Assembly (NCBI GenBank): GCA_031409255.1
Contig: JANNWW010000074.1
Span: 18,042-82,041 of the forward strand
Direction: 5' to 3'
Source of the DNA: Crocinitomicaceae bacterium
Lineage (GTDB): Bacteria > Bacteroidota > Bacteroidia > Flavobacteriales_D > Crocinitomicaceae
DNA: 64,000 nt
Of this stretch, positions 21,972 through 30,779 are shown in pieces. Numbering within the stretch: position 1 is the stretch's first letter; every line of letters begins with the position of its first letter. A model generated the notes under the pieces. The model saw only the letters and a list, made by a program, of their open reading frames with translations, searched no databases and was not told where the DNA came from. Both the position numbers and the translations under genes were made by a program.

Positions 21972-24197
21972 ATGAAATTAAAACTCTCCTTATTTTCTGC
22001 TTTTTTCATCTTTTTTGGAGTAAAAGCTCAAGATTTTCAATTATTGAATTCAAATGAAAATGGTTTGGAATTCAAACATTCAACCGAAATCATTCCATTT
22101 CAATTTACAACTATAAATGGAAAACAATATGTTCAATTTTCAAAAACAAATCGATTAAACACAAATGAAGTTGGAGCTCCTGAATTACCAATTTATTCAG
22201 TAAATATTGAATTGCCAGATAACGGAAATCCTACTTTATTGGTAACTTATGGTTCAAATTTTCAAGAATTCACGAATATTCTTGTAGCTCCTTCAAAGGG
22301 AAATTTAAAACGAAATATTGATCCGGCGAATGTTTCTTTTACTTTTAATTCGATTTATGCTCTAAATTCAACATATCCAGCAAGTGGAGCTGAATCTTTT
22401 GAACCATTTGTTTTTCGATCAAGTCGTGGAATGACTATTCAAGTTGCACCTTATCAATACAATCCGGTTACAAAAGTACTTCGTGTTTATACAGATATGA
22501 ATGTAACAGTCAATTTTAATCGAACTGAAAATGGAATCAATGAATTAAAGAAAAAATGGAATGATCCTGTTTCTCAAATTGTTGCAAATGATTTATATTT
22601 AAATCACCAGAATTTAAAATACACAGTTAAAAATGAAGAAGGTGAAATGTTAATTGTTACAACACCAGAATTTGAAGATGAAATAACTTCTTTTGCTAAC
22701 TGGAAAAATCAAAAGGGAATTAAAACTACAGTAGTTAATACTATAACTACTGGTTCAACAGCAGCTGAAATCAAACAATATATCGAAACATTCTATGCAG
22801 CTAATCCGAATACTCTTTACTTAGTTATAGTAGGTGATCATCAACAAATTCCTTCGCATACTTATGGACTTGCTGGTTCAGAACAATTGTGGTCGGATTC
22901 ATATTACGGTCAACTTGCAGGAAGTGATTATTATCCAGAACTTTTTGTTGGTCGTTTTTCCGGTCAAAATTCTTCTGAAATTCTTACGCAAGTTAATCGA
23001 ACATTAGAATACGAAAAAAATCCGCAGGGAGGAAATTGGATGGAAAAAGCGGTTGGAATTGGATCTGACGAAGGAGAAGGTTACGGTAATTTAGGTTTAG
23101 CAGATTGGGACCACATGCGCCAGATGAGAACAAAATTGATGACTTTTGGCTACACAACTGTACATGAACTTTATGATGGAAGTCATGGGGGTGAGGATGC
23201 AACAGGTAATCCAACTCCAGAAATGTTACAAACTGCATTAAACGAGGGTTTAGGATTATGGAATTATTCTGGTCATGGTTGGGGTGATGGAATTTCAACA
23301 TGTAATTTCACAAGTACTGATGCAAATACGGCAACAAACTTTGGAATGTATCCTTTAGTTATTTCTGTGGCGTGTAATAACGGAACATTTACGGATGCAA
23401 CATGCGTTGGCGAAATTTTCATGCAAGCTAATTCTGGGGGAATTAAAGGAGCAATTGGTTTTACAGGTTCAACAATTTTAATGGCTTGGGCTCCTCCAAT
23501 GCAGACACAATGGGAAATGACAAATATTTTGACAGAACAAGACCCAGCAAATCTTAAAAAAACTACTGGTGGATTGTTTTACAACGGTCAAATTTCAATG
23601 ATGACTGATTATCCTAGTGAAACAGGAATTGAAATTATGCAAACTTGGGCCTATTTTGGAGACCCATCTACTTTATTTCGACACAAGCAAACAATGCCTT
23701 TGTCATTCGTTAGTCAAGCTCAAGTTCCAGACGGAACCAACTCTATTTCTGTAACTTCATCTGCGGAAGGCGCAAGAATTGCTGTTTCACAAAATAATGT
23801 TTTACTCGGATATGGTTTTGTTTCGGGCGGAACGGTTACAATCAATTTCACTGCATTAACTACTAATGATCCACTTTTAATTACAGCTACAAAACAAAAT
23901 CATGCTGCAACTCAAATGTCTGTTCAAGTTGGAACTGGTGCTTTGAACTTAAATGAGCAAACAATAGATGTGAGCATGTACCCAAATCCATCTACAGATA
24001 AAATTTACTTTAATGTAAACACAAATGAAAAAGTGAATTTTGAAGTTGTTTCGGCTCTTGGACAGGTAATTAGCTCTTCAGTTGTTGAAGCAAATTCGTG
24101 GACATATTCTGTAAGTGATCTTCCACAAGGGCTTTATTATGTTAGAATTGAACATTCAAACGGAGTTCAAACACGTTCATTCCAAGTTCTTAGATAA
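21972..24197 (+). CDS. Gingipain-like C25 cysteine peptidase (signal peptide, propeptide, catalytic domain, Ig-like domain, T9SS CTD)
   Basis: SDSYYGQLAG.DYYPELFVGRFS, NYSGHG (His), SVACNNG (Cys), YFGDPS, C-terminal MYPNPS CTD. Confidence 0.88.
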   Translation: MKLKLSLFSAFFIFFGVKAQDFQLLNSNENGLEFKHSTEIIPFQFTTINGKQYVQFSKTNRLNTNEVGAPELPIYSVNIELPDNGNPTLLVTYGSNFQEFTNILVAPSKGNLKRNIDPANVSFTFNSIYALNSTYPASGAESFEPFVFRSSRGMTIQVAPYQYNPVTKVLRVYTDMNVTVNFNRTENGINELKKKWNDPVSQIVANDLYLNHQNLKYTVKNEEGEMLIVTTPEFEDEITSFANWKNQKGIKTTVVNTITTGSTAAEIKQYIETFYAANPNTLYLVIVGDHQQIPSHTYGLAGSEQLWSDSYYGQLAGSDYYPELFVGRFSGQNSSEILTQVNRTLEYEKNPQGGNWMEKAVGIGSDEGEGYGNLGLADWDHMRQMRTKLMTFGYTTVHELYDGSHGGEDATGNPTPEMLQTALNEGLGLWNYSGHGWGDGISTCNFTSTDANTATNFGMYPLVISVACNNGTFTDATCVGEIFMQANSGGIKGAIGFTGSTILMAWAPPMQTQWEMTNILTEQDPANLKKTTGGLFYNGQISMMTDYPSETGIEIMQTWAYFGDPSTLFRHKQTMPLSFVSQAQVPDGTNSISVTSSAEGARIAVSQNNVLLGYGFVSGGTVTINFTALTTNDPLLITATKQNHAATQMSVQVGTGALNLNEQTIDVSMYPNPSTDKIYFNVNTNEKVNFEVVSALGQVISSSVVEANSWTYSVSDLPQGLYYVRIEHSNGVQTRSFQVLR

Positions 24198-24203
24198 ATT
24201 TCA

Positions 24204-24539
24204 ATGAAAAGTATTCTTTTACTCTTGTTTTCCACAGTTCTTTTGTTGAGCTGTGGAAACAGTAAAAAAACAACTGAAAATACAGTAATACAAAGTAATA
24301 TTGAAATTGCTGTTGAAATTTTATATGTGGGAGTTGTAGAAATTGATACCATATGTGGACCAATTATTAAAGTGCAAACAGCAACTGAAACCAAATCTTT
24401 TGCCCCCTCTAATTTTGATGAACGTTACAAAAAATCTGGTATGAAAATTCGTTTCGGAACTGAAGATAAATTAGAATTCGCTAAAAAATGTGGGGAACAC
24501 TTTATTGTAAAAGTAACTAGAATGACTCCTTTGAGATAA
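24204..24539 (+). CDS. Hypothetical lipoprotein
   Basis: Lipobox LLLSC after a hydrophobic leader; CG pairs. Confidence 0.7.
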   Translation: MKSILLLLFSTVLLLSCGNSKKTTENTVIQSNIEIAVEILYVGVVEIDTICGPIIKVQTATETKSFAPSNFDERYKKSGMKIRFGTEDKLEFAKKCGEHFIVKVTRMTPLR

Positions 24540-24550
24540 TTTCAAAATTT

Positions 24551-25810
24551 TTACTTCAAAACTTTTCCGCTTAACACTTTTCCATCATCAAAATAGACTT
24601 TGAAAAAATAGACGCCTTTAGCTAAATCAGCAATGTTTGCCGTGAGTTGATTTGTACCTTCTTTGATTGATAGATCATTCGTAGTAAGGAGCGAACTTCC
24701 TGAAATACTATAAATCACTAATTTCGCACTTGTTTTTTTCTTTGAATTAATTTTCACTTGTAAATTTTCATCTGCAACTGAATTAGATATTAACGTGTAA
24801 AGACTACTATTTGCAGAACTCGGGTCGATAGAAATGACATTTGAAAAAGAAAAAGAACCATCGTTATCCTTCATTTTCAAACGATAGAACGTTAATTCAC
24901 TGTGTGAAACATCAGTGTATGAATAGGAACAAGCTTCTGAACCTTGGCAGTTTCCGGGTTTTGAATAGATTCGTTCAAATAGCACTCCGTCTTTTGAACT
25001 TTCTAATTCATAATTTGAAAAATTTGTTTCGTGTTGCGACTTCCATTTAATGAGTGTTCCTGAAGTTTTCTTTTCGGCTTCGAAGGAAAGTAAATCTAAT
25101 GACAAAGGAACTGGGGCAGTAATACGAATATCATCAACTGCAATAGCTGGATCAGTTCCAGAACCGTTGCCATTGTTTCTCCAATGAAAACCTACGCGAA
25201 TGTTGGGGTTGTTATTGAAAGCCGCTGGTAAAGCCAGTGTGTAAGTTGTCCATTGACCTTGACTGTAGCCATTGCACGCACCACAGCAAACACTTGTTAA
25301 GCAATATTGTAAACCAACTGGCCAAGTGGCTCCACCATCTGTGCTTAAGCGCAATTGCCCACGGTCGTCGGCGCAAGCAGCACTTCCAAAGGCAATAAAA
25401 TCAAAAGACAAGGTCAGAGTTGAGTTTCCTGTAGAATTAATTAATGGAGAAACTGCCATTCGAAAAGTAGCATTAGCTGCACCCGTTTCATTAAAACTAG
25501 CCCCTAAGTCGCCACCTCCGCTTGCTCCTGAGCCAATGTGAAGTGTTGCATCACCAATACAAGACGAACCGCAACCAGGAGGAACAATTCCTTCTTCAGC
25601 GCAACTCACATACCAAATGTTTGGGTCGCCACCATCTGCTCCTCCTACATTGTTTTGAACCGTCCAGGAAGCATAACCAGTAGCAGCACAACCAGATGCG
25701 CACCCATTGTTGAAATTTTCAGTATAGATAGTTACTTGAGAAAAAGATAATTGACCGAAAATTAAACTCAAAAAGAGTAAAATAAATTGTACTAGTTTAA
25801 TTTTTTTCAT
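24551..25810 (-). CDS. Cys-rich T9SS type A sorting domain protein
   Basis: Signal peptide, YTENF..AIAVDDI adhesin/MAM-like beta-sandwich, PLSLDLLSF Ig-like segment, LAKGVYF CTD. Confidence 0.8.
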   Translation of the reverse strand: MKKIKLVQFILLFLSLIFGQLSFSQVTIYTENFNNGCASGCAATGYASWTVQNNVGGADGGDPNIWYVSCAEEGIVPPGCGSSCIGDATLHIGSGASGGGDLGASFNETGAANATFRMAVSPLINSTGNSTLTLSFDFIAFGSAACADDRGQLRLSTDGGATWPVGLQYCLTSVCCGACNGYSQGQWTTYTLALPAAFNNNPNIRVGFHWRNNGNGSGTDPAIAVDDIRITAPVPLSLDLLSFEAEKKTSGTLIKWKSQHETNFSNYELESSKDGVLFERIYSKPGNCQGSEACSYSYTDVSHSELTFYRLKMKDNDGSFSFSNVISIDPSSANSSLYTLISNSVADENLQVKINSKKKTSAKLVIYSISGSSLLTTNDLSIKEGTNQLTANIADLAKGVYFFKVYFDDGKVLSGKVLK

Positions 25811-27020
25811 GGCGCAATTTGAATTTTCTATAGTTGAAGTATAAATATACTGAAAATGAAGTAATTAATAAGTAAAAAAGTAAATTTGTTGGAATTCCGA
25901 TTAAAGGAGCCCCAAAGCTCAAAAACCCCATTAATAGAATCGAAACAGTCAAAAGGGCATTAAAAAAAGCTAATAGAAACGGAATTCGATAGAAAAAAAG
26001 TGGAGCTTCATATAGAAAAAACAACAACCCCCAGACAATCATGGAAGCGAAACAAGTGTAAAAACTGACACACGAGCTCGTGAAAAACACAAGAAAAAAC
26101 AGGGCAGTTTGTTTGTGGTAGTTTTTTGTATGAAATTGGTTTGTTTTTCCCAGATTTTCGTAAATCCACAAGAAAATTAGCGTCAAGAAAAGCAATGGAA
26201 AATAATAAATGGTTGTTGGATTAACGGACCAATTTTCGGGATAATTTTTCTGCGCCAAATAGGCTCCAAACGAAAATATACCCAGTCCAAAAAGGAAACG
26301 AATGATAGAAATTAATTTTATTCCGAATGTAATTCTGTGTTTTGAATAACGGTAAATTAAGGTTAAAAACAACAATAAATCGAGTAAATACAATAAGTAA
26401 ATCGAAGATTGATCGTTCGAACCATAATTTAAACCCAATGCGGTGTTCAATTTTCCTAAGAAAAAAGGAATTGCGCCAGATAGAAACAGAACAGTATAAA
26501 TAGAAATGGTTCCAATAAGGGAACGCATTAGAGATTGAGTTTTCGTAAAAATGTAGTTGAAACTCGCAAAAACAAGCAAAATAATTTCAATACGAATTCC
26601 TAAAGTTGCTCCTCTGCTGAGGCTTGCCCCACCAATTGTTATGTATGACCAAAGTAGGTCTGAAAAAGAGTTTATTGCCAAATAATTCATTTTTGAAAGC
26701 TTGCCTTGCGAAACAATCATATCAATTATTGGTGCAGTTAAAGCAATTGAAAAACAGCAAACAACCAACCGAATAATTTTTGCTACTTTTTCTTTCGAGT
26801 AAAAATGAAGTTGCACCATAAATGCTCCAACGATGAAAATAAACCACAAACCAATATGTAAAACATCTTCACTTTTAAACAAACGTTGATTCGAGAAAAA
26901 TTCTAAGCACAAACGAACACTTAAAATTGCTAGAAACAAGAAAAGATAACGGTGCAATGGAATGTCGACACCCTCAATTTTGTTTACTATATGTTGAAAC
27001 ACGCGATTGAACTTTTTCAT
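25797..27020 (-). CDS. Polytopic membrane protein with degenerate UbiA-like C-terminal half
   Basis: About 10 or more TM segments. LYEAPLFFYRIPFLL..MGFLSFG parallels IYSCKPFRFKRFV..AGFSSAG of the neighbouring UbiA. Confidence 0.6.
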   Translation of the reverse strand: MKKFNRVFQHIVNKIEGVDIPLHRYLFLFLAILSVRLCLEFFSNQRLFKSEDVLHIGLWFIFIVGAFMVQLHFYSKEKVAKIIRLVVCCFSIALTAPIIDMIVSQGKLSKMNYLAINSFSDLLWSYITIGGASLSRGATLGIRIEIILLVFASFNYIFTKTQSLMRSLIGTISIYTVLFLSGAIPFFLGKLNTALGLNYGSNDQSSIYLLYLLDLLLFLTLIYRYSKHRITFGIKLISIIRFLFGLGIFSFGAYLAQKNYPENWSVNPTTIYYFPLLFLTLIFLWIYENLGKTNQFHTKNYHKQTALFFLVFFTSSCVSFYTCFASMIVWGLLFFLYEAPLFFYRIPFLLAFFNALLTVSILLMGFLSFGAPLIGIPTNLLFYLLITSFSVYLYFNYRKFKLRHEKN

Positions 27021-27021
27021 G

Positions 27022-27888
27022 TTATAATTGATAAATCAGGTAATTCCCGATCACTTCAAGCTGCTTGTTTCGTATGTCGTTCGTTTGAATCAGGTATGGT
27101 TCAGAAAATGTTTCAGATTTTAAATTAATTGAAAATGTTGAACTTTCATTAACGGAAAATTCAATAAATTGATTTTCAAAAACGTATTCTCCATTGAAAT
27201 CAGAATACAAAACTTCGTAACTTCCGTTTGGTAAAACTTTACAATAAAAGCAATACCGCAAAGATGGAAACAAATTCAATTCAATAAAACAAAAATGGGA
27301 GTTGGGTTCTCTGTTGAATAAATAATCTGGTTGATCTAAAATTCGTAAGCTAAAAAAAGTTTCTACTTGAGAGTTCTTCGTTTTTAAATTAGCAGAAAAG
27401 GGTTCAAAATTCAAAAGAAATTGATTGGAGTCGATTAAACTAAACTTTCTTTTTTCAAAACTTAGGCTGTAAAATTCGGGTGTTTTGGTTTTCACTTCTC
27501 GAGCTTTAAATTCTATCGATTCCCGTTCAAGCTGGAAAGTGAAATTTTCTACATCTTTACCATCTGAAAAAAACAACGGAAATCTGACTCTACCAAAATC
27601 TGCTAATGAATCTACAAAAAAGTGGTCTTTTGAAATAACTTCATGATTCATTTTGTTGAATTGTGTGAATGCATTGAGCTGAAACCGGTTGTTCTTTTTA
27701 GAAGTTAAAATAATTGTGCTCAAGTATTGTGCGTCTTCTTGTGCAAATTGTATTGGTAAAGCAGTAAGTATATAAATCTTCTGTTCGCTTAAGGAGTAAT
27801 TGAATTCTTTTTCTGAATTCAATAATCGATTCGTAGTGCAAGCGCCAAAGAGAATTAAAGCGAAAAGTGATAAAAGTAACTTACTCAT
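27022..27888 (-). CDS. Hypothetical lipoprotein
   Basis: Lipobox LFGAC at residue 17; no recognised domain. Confidence 0.7.
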   Translation of the reverse strand: MSKLLLSLFALILFGACTTNRLLNSEKEFNYSLSEQKIYILTALPIQFAQEDAQYLSTIILTSKKNNRFQLNAFTQFNKMNHEVISKDHFFVDSLADFGRVRFPLFFSDGKDVENFTFQLERESIEFKAREVKTKTPEFYSLSFEKRKFSLIDSNQFLLNFEPFSANLKTKNSQVETFFSLRILDQPDYLFNREPNSHFCFIELNLFPSLRYCFYCKVLPNGSYEVLYSDFNGEYVFENQFIEFSVNESSTFSINLKSETFSEPYLIQTNDIRNKQLEVIGNYLIYQL

Positions 27889-28891
27889 TTCTAATTAGAC
27901 TTTGATACAATTTTAAGTCCTCAACAATAAGTGAAGTAGCAACTAGGTATTCTTTTTTCTTGTAGCGTTGATTTGGAATTGGGAAGAATCCGCCGTTCCA
28001 TCCGCCATTAGTTAATTGTTGCCCGATTAAAAATTGAATGCCTTTTTCAATATTTTTACGGTTTTCTTTGCGATTTATCTTCAACAATGCATTTAAAACA
28101 AAAGCAGTTTCTAATTCAATTGAAATACAATTCTTTGAACGGTCTTGCTGAAAATTCCAAGCGCCATTTGCAAGTTGTTGACCTATAATCCAGCTAATTA
28201 AACTGTCACACAAAGTTCTGTTTTTTTCCTCACGAGCTAATGCAGGAAGCGCCTGCCAAAGTGTGTATGACTCGCTTCCATAGTATTCCCAAGAACTTCC
28301 CCAAAGTTGATTAGGTATTAATTTTGAAATCAAAAATGCGCTGGCTTTTTCAGTATTCAAATTTAGATCAGTTTGTTGAGTTGAAAAATTCAACACAAAA
28401 GCAGTAACCGAAGGATAGTTGAAATCGAATTGAACATCCGGATTTTGAACTTTCCAAGAACCGTCTTCCTCCTGAAGTTTTTCCAAATATAGCATTTCAT
28501 TAGTGAATTGAAAAGTTGGGTCAATTTTTCTTTTTAAATCCAAATAAAGCATTGAAGTTTCAACACAAAAATCAGTAATGCATTTTTCATTGTGGCAAAT
28601 TAGCCCAGAACTATGTTCGTTCGAACTTAACCAGTTTAGGGCTTTTTGTATATTAATATTTGTTTGAATTGCAGATTCATTTACGACCAAAGCTTTTGTG
28701 CAAATAATGGTTTCCCATACATTAAACATATGGTCAGTAGAATCTTGAAAACTGCCAGATTCTTTTTGTTGAGAAAGTAAAAAAGTAACTCCTCTACTTA
28801 AGGATTGGTTCAGTTTATCCGATTTAATTTGCGCCACACTTAATTTAGGAGCAAAACAAAAAAAGACACAAATAGTAAGTAGATTTTTCAA
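27881..28891 (-). CDS. Exported prenyltransferase/squalene-cyclase repeat (alpha-toroid) protein
   Basis: QW-like repeats LLSQQKESGSF, EKLQEEDGSW, IIGQQLANGAW, LIGQQLTNGGW; N-terminal signal peptide. Confidence 0.75.
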   Translation of the reverse strand: MKNLLTICVFFCFAPKLSVAQIKSDKLNQSLSRGVTFLLSQQKESGSFQDSTDHMFNVWETIICTKALVVNESAIQTNINIQKALNWLSSNEHSSGLICHNEKCITDFCVETSMLYLDLKRKIDPTFQFTNEMLYLEKLQEEDGSWKVQNPDVQFDFNYPSVTAFVLNFSTQQTDLNLNTEKASAFLISKLIPNQLWGSSWEYYGSESYTLWQALPALAREEKNRTLCDSLISWIIGQQLANGAWNFQQDRSKNCISIELETAFVLNALLKINRKENRKNIEKGIQFLIGQQLTNGGWNGGFFPIPNQRYKKKEYLVATSLIVEDLKLYQSLIRNE

Positions 28892-28895
28892 TTTC

Positions 28896-29816
28896 TTATT
28901 TTGAAATTAAAAGTAATGCAATCAATCCTAAAAACAAGAAATTATGCAAATAAAATAGTGGTTTTTCGTTATAAGGTTTGCGAAGTAATAGGAACAAATG
29001 AAAAATGGAACTTGGAATTAAGAGTCCTAAAAACCAATAATAATTGAAATAGAAATAAACAGAAATGTAACAAGAAAGAATGCATAGACTTATAAATTGA
29101 AATGCTTTTTTTTCTCCGAAAATTACTGGAATTGTTCTAATACCTGCTTTTCCATCACCTTCAACATCTTTTAAATCGATAAAATTTGCCAATAATGCAA
29201 TTGGAACCAAAATGAATATTGTCCAAAAAAGCGGAAAATCGAGAATATTTCCTCCAGCACTACTGAACCCCGCCAAAGCGCAAACGAAGGTGTTTATTCC
29301 AATCAAAAATTTTGCAAAAATCACGAAGCGTTTGAAGCGAAACGGTTTGCAGGAATAAATAAAATAAATTGCTGAAAGTCCGATAACACACATGAAATAA
29401 GGCAGCCCTAAAACTGCCGACAAAACCAATGCGAGAAGCAAGCTTGTGTAAGAAATGACACGGTATTGTTTAATCGGAATGCTTTCTCGTACGAGTGGCC
29501 TGTTGGAATTAGATATTTTATCAATTTCTAAATCTGCTTCATTGTTAGAGGCAATCGCAAAAACTGCAGCATAACTTAAGCAGAAGAAAAAAGCGAGTAT
29601 TTTAAAAATTAATTCCCAACTAATTTCTAATGGAATAGCTGTTTCTTTAAAGAAAAGAACAAAGCCAAAAAGGAACAATATAAAATAATGAAGAATACGC
29701 TCAATTCGTATGTCTTTAAGAAGTTCAATGCTAAGTTTGAAACGAATCGCCAGGCAAAAAACAACTGGAATTACTGAACAAACAAAGAGAAGAATATTTT
29801 TTTCAAGTCCACTCAT
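28896..29816 (-). CDS. UbiA family prenyltransferase
   Basis: Asp-rich motifs NNEADLEIDKISNSNRPL and IDLKDVEGDGKAGIRTIP; multiple TM helices. Confidence 0.88.
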   Translation of the reverse strand: MSGLEKNILLFVCSVIPVVFCLAIRFKLSIELLKDIRIERILHYFILFLFGFVLFFKETAIPLEISWELIFKILAFFFCLSYAAVFAIASNNEADLEIDKISNSNRPLVRESIPIKQYRVISYTSLLLALVLSAVLGLPYFMCVIGLSAIYFIYSCKPFRFKRFVIFAKFLIGINTFVCALAGFSSAGGNILDFPLFWTIFILVPIALLANFIDLKDVEGDGKAGIRTIPVIFGEKKAFQFISLCILSCYISVYFYFNYYWFLGLLIPSSIFHLFLLLRKPYNEKPLFYLHNFLFLGLIALLLISK

Positions 29817-29846
29817 TCTTTAATTACATCTGAGTTGCTCGAATGT

Positions 29847-30284
29847 TTAGGTAATTTTCCCATCGGGAAGCATTTTAATAAAATGAAAACCTTTTGGCGC
29901 AAATCCTTGATTGTAATAAAAACGATGAGCGTTGAAATTGTTAACGTATGCATCTAAAACTAAAATATTACAATCTGCAGCTTTTGCTTTTTCTTCTAGG
30001 TAGTTTTGCATCATTTTACCGGCTCCAGTTCCTCTTTTAGATTCTGAAACAATCACATTGTCGAGTTCTAAGTATTTTCCACACCACAATTTCGTGCTCA
30101 TCCAATAACCAGCAACTGCTAAGCAAGTTGTGCCATCAAAAACTGCAACCTGACCATAGTTATGCCCTAACATATTGTCTAACATTTCTGCGTAATACTC
30201 TAAATTAAGTGCTGGATATAACTCGCGCATAAGTTCAATTTGTTCCAACATTTTGCTTTTGCTTTTTAACTCGCGAATTTCCAT
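29847..30284 (-). CDS. GNAT family N-acetyltransferase
   Basis: LELDNVIVSESKRGTGAG, AHRFYYNQGF. Confidence 0.88.
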   Translation of the reverse strand: MEIRELKSKSKMLEQIELMRELYPALNLEYYAEMLDNMLGHNYGQVAVFDGTTCLAVAGYWMSTKLWCGKYLELDNVIVSESKRGTGAGKMMQNYLEEKAKAADCNILVLDAYVNNFNAHRFYYNQGFAPKGFHFIKMLPDGKIT

Positions 30285-30300
30285 TTTTAATCGTTTTCTT

Positions 30301-30308
30301 CAAAAATA
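30301..30308 (-). promoter_or_regulatory. Candidate -7 promoter for the GNAT-UbiA operon
   Basis: Reverse complement TATTTTTG 17 nt upstream of the GNAT start. Confidence 0.5.
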
Positions 30309-30350
30309 CAAAGTATTTTAAATCACTCGCATTCTTCTACTTAAATTAGC

Positions 30351-30358
30351 TAACTTTG
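30351..30358 (+). promoter_or_regulatory. -7 promoter element for the osmC-rlmB operon
   Basis: TAACTTTG 17 nt upstream of ATG 30375. Confidence 0.65.
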
Positions 30359-30374
30359 CTCAAAATAGTTCACA

Positions 30375-30779
30375 ATGGCAACAGCTACAGTAAAATACTT
30401 GGGCAATTTACGAACAGAATGCACGCACATTCAGTCTGGAACAGTAATCAAAACAGACGCTCCGGTTGATAATAGGGGCAAAGGAGAACTATTTTCGCCA
30501 ACTGATTTAGTGGCAACAGCTTATGCATCTTGCCTTTTTACATTTATTGGAATCTATTGCAACGACAATAATATTCCATTTACGCATGGCGAAGCTAGTG
30601 TAACAAAAATAATGTCTGCAAGTCCACGCAGAATAGCAAAATTAGAAATAACACTCGATTTATCGGAAAATAAGTGGGACGAAAAAACAGCAAAAAAACT
30701 CATAAAAGTGGGTAAAGCATGTCCGGTTGCACTAACAGTCGGTAAAGACACAGAAATTGACATCACATTCAATGTATAA
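30375..30779 (+). CDS. OsmC family protein
   Basis: TDAPVDNRGKGELFSPTDL..ASC, ACPV. Confidence 0.9.
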   Translation: MATATVKYLGNLRTECTHIQSGTVIKTDAPVDNRGKGELFSPTDLVATAYASCLFTFIGIYCNDNNIPFTHGEASVTKIMSASPRRIAKLEITLDLSENKWDEKTAKKLIKVGKACPVALTVGKDTEIDITFNV

